The position numbers and the translations under genes were made by a program. A stretch of DNA of 63,899 bases, the filler included, from Octopus bimaculoides (Eukaryota): NCBI RefSeq assembly GCF_001194135.2. It is 4 parts of 4 records of this genome, joined end to end, with 100 filler letters (N's around TTAATTAATTAA, not from the genome) between each part and the next. Parts side by side here need not be neighbours in the genome. Positions count along the whole stretch, not along the records: positions 29,006 to 59,932 come from NC_068985.1; positions 60,033 to 62,544 come from NC_068995.1; 2 more parts are not named here. One strand, written 5' to 3'. Positions 49,074 through 62,292 of the stretch are shown here, in pieces (the first letter of the stretch is position 1; each line of letters starts with the position of its first letter). The notes under the pieces are model-generated. The model ran no database searches. It saw only the letters and a list, made by a program, of their open reading frames with translations, and was not told where the DNA came from.

Positions 49074-50958
49074 TATATATATCTCTGTATCTTTATATAT
49101 ATGACTATACATGGACACATCTACATATACATACATACAATACCACAAACACACATACATAGTTGCTTTTTCAATGAAAATGGTAAATGAAAAAATTATA
49201 ATAATAATTTTTTATAAAAACTCATATTTAAGAACATGAAAAAAACTAAGAAAAAAATGAGCTAATCGAATCATGGGTAGAAAATAGTTTGGAAAGAAAT
49301 AAAATAAAAAAGAATGAACAGCAGCAACAACATAGCTAGATGTTAATTTGCATATTTTCTTTCGGAACTTGCCTCTTTGAAATGTTTCTCGATTCCTTCA
49401 TCTGGGAGAGCTTTTGTTTTTATATTAAGAACTTTGCTTAAAAAAAAATAAATTATAAGACTAAAATGACTTCTCATTGCATTGTGTATTACCTTAATTT
49501 GAATAACATTTTAACCTCTTAGCACATTGCAAGGAAACGAATCAATTAAAACACATTGATCATTAGAAATACTCTGTTTTCGTTTTTCTTCTTCTTCTTC
49601 TTCTTCTTCTTCTTCTTCTTCTTCCTCCCCACTTTCTCTGAATATACATTTTTTGGTGGGGGATGGTNNNNNNNNNNTTTTTTTTTGTGTGTGTGTGACT
49701 TGTTAATATATTTCTTTTTCAATTGCATTTTCCATTTCATTCCTTTCATTTTTTTTTTCTAAGCATTATCTTAAAAACAATACATATTGTCAGAATAATA
49801 AGAAAAAACTGAATAAAACACAAAAATAAAAGGCAAAATAATAATAATAATGATAATAATAATAATAATAATCATAGAATTTTTGTTTCCTTTCCCACCC
49901 CATCAGATAAACATGAAAAAATCACGTTACACAGCATTTTCATTCATTATTTTTGTGTTCCCCAATTCATGTGTTTCTCAATATATTTTGGCAGAAGGAA
50001 GGCTGACCAAGTAGGTAATGTATTTGACTATCTGTTTGTTAGTGATCTGTTTAAATCAGCTCAATATCCTTGAAAAGAAGGGCCACTGGATTGCTTTATA
50101 ATGATTCAATGACCAACACTCTTCACTACATCAACACCACTTTGTTTCTTATCATTTCTTCTATTATTACTACAGTGACCTTTATGCCCCTTGACTACAA
50201 ATAACTGCATAACTAAAGGCACATGCATGGCTTTGAGGTACAGATATGGTTATGTGATTCAGATGGTCACTTCTAAAGCACATGGTTTTGAGTTCAGTTC
50301 ACTGTGCAGCACTCTGGAAGAGTATCTTCTAATTTACTTTCAAGTTGATCAATGCCTTACTAGTGAAATTGCTTGGAAAAGCCAGACATAGTCCATCATG
50401 TGTGTGTATGTGCACATGTGCACATATGTGAATGCTTAAATCCTGGCTTGAGCTATAAACGTTGACATTTGTTGACATTTCATGCAAATAACTCATCCAG
50501 TAAGCTCTACACTCTCAAGGGTGGGTACAATGAAAACTCTCTTACTTGAAAAGCAGGTATAGGCTAGTAATAGGAAAAGTGTCCATTGTAGTACAATGCC
50601 TCAGTGATATGTATGTACCTAACTCATGTTAAAATGGAAAATAGATATAAAACAAAAGAAAGAATCCTCCCCTCAATCCTACTCATCCTACTCGCATTCC
50701 CTCTGAAACTGCCATCTTGTGTTGCACTTTCCAGACCACTCACACACATGATAAAATTCATTGAATCTGCTCTCCCCAGAACTGTATCTTCCTATAAAAC
50801 ATTCCTCGTCCCTGTGTCCTAAAGATGTTCAAGTTAAAAATTGAATGAATAAATCTCACCAAACTCTCTGGGCAAATAACCATTGTAGTCATTGTCTGTC
50901 CTACTGCAAATATTTTATAAAAGGAACTTTTGTTATATTCATTTCTGTTTCTGAGAAA

Positions 50959-51116
50959 CAGGGGTGGACCGAACCATAGATCAATCGGGTACTGCCCAAG
51001 GGCCTGGAGCTCTAAGGGGCCCGCACTCTACATGTTAACTCTACTAAAACACACATTAAAAGGGGCCCAGTAAACAGTTATGCCCCAGAGCCTTTAAAAT
51101 TCTCAGTCCACCCCTC
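50959..51116. mobile_element. hAT-type MITE, 158 bp, with 8-bp TSD
   Basis: TIR CAGGGGTGGAC / GTCCACCCCTC; TSD CTGAGAAA at 50951-50958 and 51117-51124. Confidence 0.9.
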
Positions 51117-51227
51117 CTGAGAAAAAGGAAAAAAACAAGAGAGAGAGAAAAAAAAAACACTGTTTTATATAGCTTCAGCTTAACCAACTGTTATGATAAC
51201 TACCAAATAATCTAGAAACATTAATTT

Positions 51228-51425
51228 TAAATTTTGGAAGGAGGCCAGCAACTTTGGGGAGAGGGGAAGTTGATTACATTGATCCCAGTGCTCAAATGAT
51301 ACTTATTTTATCCACCCTAAAAGGGTGAAGGGCAAAGTCGACCTCAGTGGAATTTGAACTCAGAATATAAAGACAGACAAGATGCCTCTAAGCATTTTGC
51401 CTGGGTGCTAACAATTCTGCCAGCT
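51228..51425 (-). mobile_element. SINE family C
   Basis: GGCAAAGTCGACCTCAGTGGAATTTGAACTCAGAA core. Confidence 0.8.
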
Positions 51426-51621
51426 GGACATCTTACAGATAATCTAGAAATAATCTGTTTGTTAGCTATAGAAAATCAGACAGTTAAACTTACAAATATA
51501 AAATAACTGGTTCTTTACAGAAAATGTTATTGATGCTATTTTGCGCAATATTTAGTTAGTAAATTAACAATTAATGACAATTGTTTATAGCATTCATTAT
51601 GATATGTAAAAAAAGATGACA

Positions 51622-52050
51622 AATTGGTAGAATTGTTACCAAGTCAGACAAAATGCTTCACAGCAATTCTTCTAGCACTCTGTTCCAAATTCAAATTCCA
51701 CCAAGGTCAATTTTGGTTTTCATCGTTTCAGGGTGTTGATAATATATGTACCAGTTGCGCCCTGGGGGTTGATATAATCAACTTAACCCTTCCTTTAAAA
51801 TTGCTGGGTTTATGCTAAAATTTGAAACCATTTCAAGACAGCAAGCGGCTAGAATCATTTGCACATTGCAAAATGCTTAGCAGCATTTCTTCTGGCTCTT
51901 TTCATTTTGAGTTCGAATGCTGCTGAGGTCAACTTTTTATTCATCCTTTTGGAGTTAATAGAATAAGTATTAGTCAAGCACTGGGATCAGTGTAATTGAC
52001 TAGAACCCCTCCTTCCCTCCCAAATTTTAACCTTGTGCCTATAATTGAAA
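51622..52050 (+). mobile_element. Two tandem, CpG-decayed family C SINEs
   Basis: Heads at ~51622 and ~51838. Confidence 0.75.
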
Positions 52051-52499
52051 GAAATATATTTGTGTGTGTATGTGTGAAAGATATCATTGTTTTAAAAAAA
52101 CTTTAAAGACCATTGATTGTGAAGATCAAGTTGGGCTTGGACTATTATTAACTATCACCTTGTTCGACAAGGAGTACAGTAATAGTCTCAGTCATCTAGA
52201 TATTTGCAATATATGCATGGACATACATTGATAAGTTTGTACAGTATTTCTTCTGCACCTAATTTTCTTCTCTTATTCATTTACAAATGAATACAAACCT
52301 TATATGCACATTTTATATTGATGCTAATATCATGATGTTCTGCTTCCGTGCAGCATTTTCCTAGATTGTCTACAAAAACACAATGACTGCATATTTGTCT
52401 TTGTTTTTCTGTACTCACAAATGTATAAGTTGTATTACAAACCCAAAATTATAAATATATGAGGTGGTGAAGCACGACCTTCGAACATTAGGCCTCACC

Positions 52500-52755
52500 G
52501 AGGCAATGACTAGTGACTAGTGACCAAAACCTTCGAGTTATATAGACTCACAAGGGCCAGTTTCCTGGTTTCCATGGAATATATATTCCCCACATGATGC
52601 TGGTCCATCACAGAATTACTCATATTTTCCAGCTGAGTAGCAACATGAAATGAAATGTGTTGCTCAAGAACACAATGCATCAGCCAGGTCATGAATTGAA
52701 ACCACAATCTTACGATCATGAGTCCAATGCTCTGACCACTAAACCACATACCTCC
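52500..52755 (-). mobile_element. tRNA-headed SINE (decayed)
   Basis: Minus-strand head GGAGGTATGTGGTTTAGTGGTCAGAGCATTGG...GTTTCAATTC. Confidence 0.65.
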
Positions 52756-52869
52756 ACATATGTAGGTATATGCATGCATTTTACGATGCCCCACATCTGT
52801 GTATATTCATAGATCCTAAATAATATATTACAAATATCATAACTAATACTCATACTTCAGACTGAATAG

Positions 52870-53300
52870 AAGGTATCTCTATAAAAACATGGTCCAAAGA
52901 TGTAGGAGGTCATGTATCATTATGATGAATGTGGATCATTCTCAGATTCTTATTTTGTCTCTTCCTCTTAATGGGTTTGCTAAGATTTTAGAGTGTCTGT
53001 ATGTACTGCTTACTGTTCTCAGTACAGCCATATTCCAGAAAATCACAGAGGATGGCATCCTTGTCATCTCAAGAAACAATTATTATGATTCTTCGGTGGC
53101 AATCATTGGTTCACCAGATAAGGGTGGGGTGGGGGGGAATGTGCTTTCCTCGGTTTCAAATGCTTCAAGAAAATCAGAGCAGACTTCCTCTCATTTTTCC
53201 TTCAAATCAGGTGTCAACTTCTGAAGAACCCACTTTACATACATGTTCTGATGCCCAGAGTGTTCCACCATCTCCTGTAATGCATTGTGATGGGAATATC
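52870..53300 (-). mobile_element. Mariner transposase fragment related to 7426-8496
   Basis: Minus strand KWVLQKLTPDLKEK, DDKDAILCDFLEYGCT, YIQTL, IHIHHNDT. Confidence 0.8.
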
Positions 53301-53886
53301 AAAATAGTTATTAATCTTGCCTTACTTCAAATCTTAAATCCTAGATTTTAAATAGCATCAAAAGTAGTTTTATTAATTTAAAGAGAAAGATTTTCTAGAA
53401 AGTGGAAACAGAAAATATAACAAAGTTCCAAAAATTTCTTGCAGTTCCTAAACATTTATATTACTATAACTGGATAATAATTATTAGGATCATGTTTGTG
53501 GTTGATATAAATTCAGATCTTACATTTGAACTTTAATAATATATAAACTTACATACACAGAGTCACTTAGTGAACAGTTCATACAAGGGAGATAATCATT
53601 TCTTCATAAAATTTGGGAGGATTAAAAGACTGAATAACGAAAAATATGCACAAAAATATACATATTTACAATATTTACTAATTATAAAGTTCTCAAAATT
53701 TTTAGTGGTTGGTAATCATGTATAGTATTATTTCAGTCTTTTTAGAAATCATCAGCATGACATAACCTGAAGAAGTCAGTCAAATACAATTCACAAATCA
53801 TCCTTGAGTGAAAGCATTTATTCTTATAAAATGGTGCAAATTCAAGTATTGGCCAAGTAATTATAATCACATGTTTTTCTCTCAAG

Positions 53887-53947
53887 AATATAGATTAGTT
53901 GAAAACATTGCCCATGCTATCAAAGACAAACCTCAAAATTATGTTGA
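53887..53947 (+). CDS. Weak candidate exon of an unidentified gene
   Basis: tttttctctcaag|, open frame (x)YRLVENIAHAIKDKPQNYV(E/D), donor GA|GTAAAT. Confidence 0.25.
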
Positions 53948-55417
53948 GTAAATGTAATATAAGATTTTGGCCAAGAATTTGGTACATCACACTAATAACT
54001 TCACCCATCATATGCCATCAAGTGGACAAGTAGACAACTGTTATAGTTAATACAGCTACAGGCAGGAGAAGAAAGTGAATTATTGATACTAGAAAGTCAT
54101 TTAATATTGTAATTGTTAATGGAACTTGCAATGTACACAAAACATAGCAAAATTTAATCAAATTTCTCTTGAAGATTTTGGCATAGTATACTAATGACAG
54201 ATAGTTAGCACCTAGCAGGCAATTTTTATGGTCAGTAATGTTACAGGTAGGTGAACAAAGTAAATTATTGATATAAGAATGCATTTTATCATTGTAATTC
54301 CTAATAGAACTTGTGAAACACTTTACAAGAAGAATAACTGACCTAAACTGAATTTCTATCAAAGGTTTTGTGATATTTTTGATTTGAAGCAAAGTGAAAG
54401 GAAATTAAATTAAGAAAGTCTTTAGTTATGTTTGTTTACATCATTTAAAATATATATTGAATTATAGCACAAAATATTTCTTGGTTTATTTTTATGCCTT
54501 GAAACTTAGATCTAAGTAGGTATTGTATTTTCTTTGATAAACCACTACTACAAAGTGCTGCATTAAAATGATGAGAATTGCTGATGTATGTAGACTCACT
54601 TATAAATAATGGTGATATTTACTTACTAATTTTAGGTATTATGTTAAATGCTTGCTTTTAATTAGAACTATAATTCAAATAACATAATTTTTCATTAGGT
54701 TTATGATAAGGGCTAAATGTTGGGTCTTACTACTTATTTTATCTTCACTTTCAAGAAAATTTCTTTCTTTAAAATGAAATGTTTTTTTTTTAAATTTGCA
54801 AGTTCATCCTCTTAAATTTTGGTTGTATAACATTTTTCTTAAGATAGTAGGATATAATATAAGGGGAAATTTCACCATTGTTTCTTGAAGTGGTATAGCA
54901 TTGAGAGTAAGGTACATGGTTCACATAAGGTAACCATTTTCGAGGTAGGGAAAACAAATGTTGAAGGTATGTTACATTTAAGGAACTGACTAATTTGACT
55001 ACCTCATAGGGTGGCACAAGGGTGACCCAAATCCACACTACATCAATGATTTTTTCCCAAGTCAAAAAGCCACACAGATCATAGATCAGGGGTTGGGAAT
55101 TATTTTAGTATCAGGGGCTGAAATACAAATATATATATGAATCTCAGGGGTCACACCCGAGTTAAGAAAATTAAGGAATCTTTAAATTTATAAACTGATA
55201 GGCATACTTACCCATATTTATATTGAGGCATTTTTGAGACATTTTGGGACCTAGAATTTGGCTGTCAAACATCACGCAGGCATTCTTTAAAGAAAGTTAA
55301 ACAATGAGGCCAAGGCAATGTCTGCAGGTCTTGAGTTCAACTTCTTAAATATTCCTATAAAATTGGTCTCAAAAACTCAGTCTAGATTTGAATATTTACT
55401 GTGGGGTAAGTATGTAC

Positions 55418-55790
55418 AGGCATGGCTGTATAGTAAGAAGCTTGCCACATGGTTCCGGATTCAGAACCACTGTGTGGTACCTGGGGCAAGTGTCTTCTAC
55501 TATAGCTTCAGGCTGACCAAAGCCTTATGAGTGGATTTGGTAGAGGGAAACTGAAAGAAGCCTGTCGTATATATGTATATATCTATGTGTGTATAACCCC
55601 CCACCATTGCTTGACAACTGATGTTGCTGTGTTTATGTCCTTGTAACTTAGTGGTTCAGCAGAAGAGACCAATAGAATAAGTACTAGGCTTACAAAGAAT
55701 AAGTCCTGGCTTGATTTCTTCAACTAAAGCCCTTTAAAGCAGTGCTCCAGCATGGCCCCAGTCAAATTCCTGAAACAAATAAAAGAGTAT
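55418..55790 (+). mobile_element. SINE family B
   Basis: Similarity to 36484-36897. Confidence 0.8.
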
Positions 55791-55805
55791 TCTGATGAAT
55801 ATAGT

Positions 55806-56022
55806 GGTTTCAAATTTTGGCACAAGGCCTGCAGTTTCAGGGGAGGCGCTTAATTTGCTTACATCAACCCCAGTACTCAACTGGTACTTATTTTATCAAC
55901 CCCCCAAAAGATGAAAGGCAAAGTCAACTTTGGTGGAATTTGAACTCAGGACATAAAGACAGACGAAATGCTGCAATGCATTTTACCCAGCATGCTAACA
56001 GTTCTGCCAGCTCGCCGCTTTA
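55806..56022 (-). mobile_element. SINE family C
   Basis: Similarity to 232-435. Confidence 0.8.
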
Positions 56023-56519
56023 ATATCTGATGATTACAATCATTTTGGTGAAAACCCTAAAAACTATTTACATGCATTTTTTTTTTTTTTTTTTAGGTAC
56101 TTCATCAAAATGCTAGTGATCACTACCATTTTACATTACCTGCTGATAAAGTGCCTAAAAATATATGTGGGTGTTTTTAGGGTCTATATCAGTGGCCAAT
56201 TCCAAATTTGTATGTGGGTGGAATTTAGCTCTCTTCAGATGAGAAATCCTTCACTTCTGACTGAGTACTTCCTATTCCTGAGTAATTCCTAAATTGTCCA
56301 ATTTAGATTACATAAGTAAGAAACTAAGAAAGACTAGTGGATGAGACTGTGGGTGTGAGTTGCAGTTAAGGAGACTTCCAATATCTTGTCTCATTGTTGT
56401 CATTAGACTGACCCCAGGAAGGCAGTTTAACATTGTGGTTTCACTCAATGGGCCACTATTTCTATCAGCTATTTAGTGTCATCTAGTCATCTCTCACTAA
56501 TTATGCCTGGTATCATCCC

Positions 56520-57660
56520 CTATCCTTGTCATTTTTAATCACCTCTCTCTTCCCTTTATCTTCTCTCTCTTCCCTTTATCTTCTCTCTCTTCCCTTTATC
56601 TTCTCTCTCTTCCCTTTATCTTCTCTCTCTCTCTTTATCTCCTCATTCTCTTCATCTCCTCATTCTCTTCTCCTCATTCTCTTCATCTCCTCTTCCTCCA
56701 GAGTATCTGGTCTTTCTCCTACTTCTTGTCATCTCCTCCTTCTGCCCCCTTCTTCTCATCCTTTCTCCTACTCTTTATCCCTTCTTTCACCTCTCCCCCC
56801 TCTTACTTCTCCCTCTCCTCTCTCATCTCTTCATTTAATTCTCCTCATCATCTTCATCTCTTCCTTCTCCTCCTCTTCACCTTTTGCTTTCTGTCTCTTC
56901 CTTTCTCCTCTAACCCCCCTCTCTCCTTCCTCAGCTCTCCCGTTCTCATTAACATTTCTCTCCCCATCCCTCTCTCTCTCCCTCTCTCTCTCCCACTCAC
57001 CTTAATTTTCACTCTTTTTTCCCTACCTTTCACACACAACTCTATCTTTCTTCCTTTCTCTTCTTCTTTCTTCCTCCCTCACTATCTCTCCTTTGCCTAT
57101 TCCCCACTTCTAGTTAGAAAAAACAATAGGATCTAATTGGTTTGTTACAGATCTTATTAGTTTTCTAATAAATACTCATCATTTCTCTCCCGTTCACTCT
57201 CCCCCCCTCTCTCTCTCTCATTCTACTTATTTCTCTCTGTCTTTCTCCCAGCCCACCTCTCTTTCTCTTTTTGTCTTTCTCACAGCCCACCTCTCTTTCT
57301 CTCTTTGTCTTACTCCTAGGCCAACTCTCTCTCTCTCTCTCTCTATCTTACTCTCTTTCACTCTTTCTCTCCTTGTTTTTCTCTCACTTGTTCCTCTCTC
57401 CTCGCTCTCCCCCTCTCTCTTTTCGTCTTTCTCTCTGCCTGTCTCTCGCTCCCTATCACTCTGCTTGTTCTTTCTCCCTCTCCTCTCCCCATCTCTCTCT
57501 CTCTCTCTATCTTCTTGTCTCTCTCCTTCTTCACGTCTCTCTCTTTCTCTCTCCCTCTCCTCGTCTCTCTCTTTCTCTCTCCCTCTCCTTGTCACTTTCA
57601 TTCTCTTCCTTCTCCTTGCCACACTCTCCCTTTCTCTTGCACACACACACATACTCTCAC
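56520..57660 (+). repeat. 1.1-kb polypyrimidine (CT-rich) tract starting with a 20-bp minisatellite
   Basis: TTCTCTCTCTTCCCTTTATC repeated ~4.5 times at 56543-56640, then degenerate (CT)n/(CCT)n. Confidence 0.9.
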
Positions 57661-57762
57661 ATTCCCTAATATGTATATGTTGCATGTATCCCCCTCATAC
57701 AGCACACCTACAATACTCTCCATATACAAACATACACATCCTTTTATCTCTCTGTCAAGCAT

Positions 57763-57793
<31 letters not shown>

Positions 57794-57963
57794 TCATACT
57801 ATAACATTTTTTTCAAATCTAAACATACACACACATGCACACCTAATAAATCTTCTCTAAGCACATCTACACACTTCACATATTACACACAGATACAAGT
57901 GTCTACTCGCCTACTCTCTCCACTTTGTGCTCCCTCTCTTTCTCTCTCTCTATTTCTCTCTTT

Positions 57964-58003
<40 letters not shown>

Positions 58004-58573
58004 NNNNNNNNNNNNNNNNNNNNNNNNNNNNNNNNNNNNNNNNNNNNNNNNNNNNNNNNNNNNNNNNNNNNNNNNNNNNNNNNNNNNNNNNNNNNNNNNN
58101 NNNNNNNNNNNNNNNNNNNNNNNNNNNNNNNNNNNNNNNNNNNNNNNNNNNNNNNNNNNNNNNNNNNNNNNNNNNNNNNNNNNNNNNNNNNNNNNNNNNN
58201 NNNNNNNNNNNNNNNNNNNNNNNNNNNNNNNNNNNNNNNNNNNNNNNNNNNNNNNNNNNNNNNNNNNNNNNNNNNNNNNNNNNNNNNNNNNNNNNNNNNN
58301 NNNNNNNNNNNNNNNNNNNNNNNNNNNNNNNNNNNNNNNNNNNNNNNNNNNNNNNNNNNNNNNNNNNNNNNNNNNNNNNNNNNNNNNNNNNNNNNNNNNN
58401 NNNNNNNNNNNNNNNNNNNNNNNNNNNNNNNNNNNNNNNNNNNNNNNNNNNNNNNNNNNNNNNNNNNNNNNNNNNNNNNNNNNNNNNNNNNNNNNNNNNN
58501 NNNNNNNNNNNNNNNNNNNNNNNNNNNNNNNNNNNNNNNNNNNNNTACACAATCACACACATAAACTGTCTTG

Positions 58574-58768
58574 TTTCAAGCTATCTATCTTTATCTATCT
58601 ATCTATCTATCTATCTATCTCTCATTTATCTATTTATTTATCTATCTATTTATCTATTTATCTATCTATTTATCCATCTATCTATCTATCTATCTATCTA
58701 TCTCTCATTTATCTATTTATCTATCTATCTATCTATCTTCTATTTATCTATCTATCTATCTATCTCTC
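58574..58768. repeat. (TATC)n/(TATT)n tetranucleotide microsatellite
   Basis: Direct reading of the sequence. Confidence 0.95.
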
Positions 58769-59130
58769 AAACATTTACACATACATACTATACACAGTCA
58801 CATTCACATAAAGACACTATAAGCTCACACACTCACACACACACACACACCTCCTCATTATCGGTTTCTCTTTAACCTCCTCCTCTTTTCTTTCTGCCTC
58901 ACTCAAATACGCCCCCCCACACACACACACACACTCTAATACATTATCATATTCAAATATATGCCTAGAAACACTCTCTTACATACACCCCTACAGGCAC
59001 ATACATACATACATACACACTCTCTCTGTCTCCCCCTCTAAGTTTCTCCAACAACAAACGCATGCTCTAAGACACACACATATACACACATACACCCAGG
59101 TATATGCATAAAGTTACACGCACACTCACA

Positions 59131-59168
<38 letters not shown>

Positions 59169-59932
59169 GGCATTGTCAGTTAATAAAAGGGAACCTCTAC
59201 ATTGTTTTTTTGACTGCTAGAAATAGTAACCAAATCTCCCTTTAGTTTGCACTTTACTGACTCACAAAGGGGGTTGGACAGTGTAGCCCTTGATATATAA
59301 CAGACATGGTGGTCACTGTTGGACCATTTATGATCATGGGTGTCCCTAACTAGGGCTGACCTTGGGCTAAACAGCAATAACTACATTTTCTCTCCTTTCT
59401 CTCTCTCCCTCTCAGATACACATTAACCTCTGCCTTGCCCTTTTTTCTCCAGTTTTCATCTTCCTCCCACTCTCTCTCTCTTTCTTTCCCTCCCTCTCCC
59501 ATACTGGCTCATAGACTCTCTTTTTTTCTTTCAGTCTTTCTTCCTCAATCTTTCACTCAGTCTTTCTCTCTTTCTAAATCTCTCACTAACCCTACCACTC
59601 TTCTCTTGTTCTTTCTCCTTTCTCCTCTTTCTATCTCTCTCGCCATCTTCTTGTCTCTCTCTTTCTCCACGTCTCTCTATCTTTCTCTCTCCCTCTCCCT
59701 CTCTTTCTCATAGACTTCTTTCTCTCTGTCTTTCTCTGTCCTTCACACCGATATAGACTCTCTAATAAACACCTACACACCCACTCACCCACATTCATAC
59801 ACACACACACACACATACCCACACACACACATACCCACACACACACACACACACACATATACTGAAACAGAAGTTGATTTGTATATGTTGTCACAGCCAC
59901 ACATACACACACAAGCATTCTCAAATACCCCC

Positions 59933-60032
59933 NNNNNNNNNNNNNNNNNNNNNNNNNNNNNNNNNNNNNNNNNNNNTTAATTAATTAANNNNNNNNNNNN
60001 NNNNNNNNNNNNNNNNNNNNNNNNNNNNNNNN
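59933..60032. other. Artificial 100-bp join spacer
   Basis: 44 N, TTAATTAATTAA (59977-59988), 44 N. Confidence 0.95.
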
Positions 60033-60431
60033 CATTTTTCCTTTGATAAAGGTAGCTTTTGCACATTTATCAAGGCCAAATTGCATCCTGATGTCATCAC
60101 TGAATTGTTTAACAATCGCTAGTAGGCCTTTGAGCTGTTGGTCATTTTTTGCAAAGAGCTTTGCATCATCCATGTAAATGAGATGATTTATATTTTTATC
60201 AAATATTTTATAACCATACTGTGCGTCATTGAGCAATTTTGAGAGCGGTATTAGGGCTAGACAGAAGAGGTGTGGTGATAGTGAGTCACCCTGGAAAATG
60301 CCACATGAAATTCTTACATCTCCAGCATTTAGAGATTCATTGTCATTGTTCAGCATCAGTGTTGTTCTCCATGATCTCATACTTACAGATAAAAAGTTTC
60401 GCAGAGTAGGAGCTATTTTATACATTTCCAT
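60033..60431 (-). mobile_element. R4/Dong-clade LINE reverse transcriptase fragment
   Basis: SMRSWRTTL, GIFQGDSLSPHLFCLALIPLS, INHLIYMDDAKLFA, FSDDIRMQFGLDKCA; 5' end abuts (TAA)n. Confidence 0.9.
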
Positions 60432-60435
60432 TATG

Positions 60436-60517
<82 letters not shown>

Positions 60518-60572
60518 TATTATTATTATTATTACTACTACTACTACCATTACTACTGCTGCTGCTGCTGCA

Positions 60573-60605
<33 letters not shown>

Positions 60606-60622
60606 GCTACTACTACTATATA
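60432..60622. repeat. Compound trinucleotide microsatellite (ATT/ACT/GCT)
   Basis: Direct reading of the sequence. Confidence 0.95.
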
Positions 60623-60761
60623 CTTTCAATCTAGATGTTTGTTACAATCACTTGCCGAGGCACACCCAGCGTCCTAGGGTGAGTGAAGAATATGAGATGT
60701 CACAGAATGACTGAATGTTTGGGGAGGGGTTTTGGCAGAGGCAGTGGCGAAATATCTTCAT

Positions 60762-60842
<81 letters not shown>

Positions 60843-60915
60843 GTTGACTTTGTCACAGTAGTATATCACTAACCCTTGTCACATTTATATTTTCATTATT
60901 TTGTTCTCCATCCAG

Positions 60916-60965
60916 GCCATAATCGTTGCTGTTTTATTGTTCACAAAAATGACATAATCGTCAAG
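60916..60965 (+). CDS. Weak candidate exon
   Basis: ttttgttctccatccag|, open frame (x)HNRCCFIVHKNDIIVK, donor AAG|GTATGC. Confidence 0.25.
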
Positions 60966-61388
60966 GTATGCCCAAATAAGCGCTAACTAAGCGCATATAT
61001 GAATGTGGAATATAACAAGTAGCAAATAAATATATATGTAAATGAAAGTTATTGTAGAAAGCATTGAAACAATGTCCTAAATCCGTTCTTTTGAATTGTT
61101 TATTTTCAAATGTTTATTTATTTTGTTACGCATATAATCCTCTTTCTAAATGTGATAATCATTGATACCGACATCAATATTGGCATCAAGCTACTTTAAA
61201 CATTACCATATTATTCATCATCATGTTCACACTCATCCAAAAAGCTGATTCCACCTCCTCATCATCATCATCGTATAATTCCTGAGCGTTAACGCGACTC
61301 ATTCATTTCCAATATTATTATTATACAGGTCCCGTTCTACTCCTCTCCCTATTCTTCCTCCTCCTCCTCCTCCTCCTCCTCCTCCTCC

Positions 61389-61446
<58 letters not shown>

Positions 61447-62292
61447 TATCATCATCATCATCCTCATCAAAAACAACATTCATAATCATAATCATGACTT
61501 TGATCATCCAATTATAATTCTAATAATTATCAATTTTATATTTGTTTAATTATTGAAAACATATGTCAGTTTCACAGTGTAATCCTTTACTCAAGATTTC
61601 AGGCAAATTTACATAATGCCTAGAAGCAGGAAATTTTATGTTTTACTCTTATATTTTATTCATTCTAATTTACAATTAAATAATTTGACTTCTTTGCAAA
61701 CAATTAATCTGGAGGTGATAGCAAACGAAGACAAACAAAACAAAATCAAAAGCAAAACAACAGCATCTCCATTTGTTTGTCGTAGCAATATAGGAATAGA
61801 CGTCATCTGAAAGTGCATATCGCATGAAATATTTCTATATTACAGCAGTAAATTTATAGCTAGCTAATTCGTTCCTAGTGTAAACATTATTATCCATTTC
61901 ATCAACAAGTGATGGACTGAACGCTAAATCAATAGGAAAGGAAATTTTAAGGTTAAAAGAATTGGTGAAATGTTCAAATGTTTCTGAAACCATTCAGAAA
62001 ATATGTTGGAAAGTTATCAATTCACACATCTGCTTGATTAACTGTGTATATCTCTAGAGATATTTCTAAATGAATGTGAGAATGAATTTAGAAAATTATT
62101 TTAATAAAGATCACCAAGTAACATTTGAATCCATGGGTAATCTCAATAATTTAAAACCGTGATAAACTGAAAATAAAACAATACCGCTTAGGTTGATATG
62201 AGTTTATATACTAGATGAGTCATGAAATATATGGAATAATCCCGACGCATCGTACACATTCCAACGCGTAATTCGAAGTATTTTCTACTCAG

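Noticed and set aside
49375-49420. Minus-strand CAGATGA...GAAAC hammerhead-like string
   Set aside because: No stem II pairing
54018-54392. 124-aa minus-strand ORF, and the 91-aa ORF at 54790-55065
   Set aside because: No recognisable domain or coherent splice structure; expected by chance
56526-57860. Ser/Leu- and Arg/Glu-rich ORFs (also 41595-42161)
   Set aside because: Translations of CT/GA low-complexity tracts
60229-60714. Poly-Leu 161-aa ORF with an apparent transmembrane segment
   Set aside because: Antisense of the Dong RT plus a trinucleotide microsatellite
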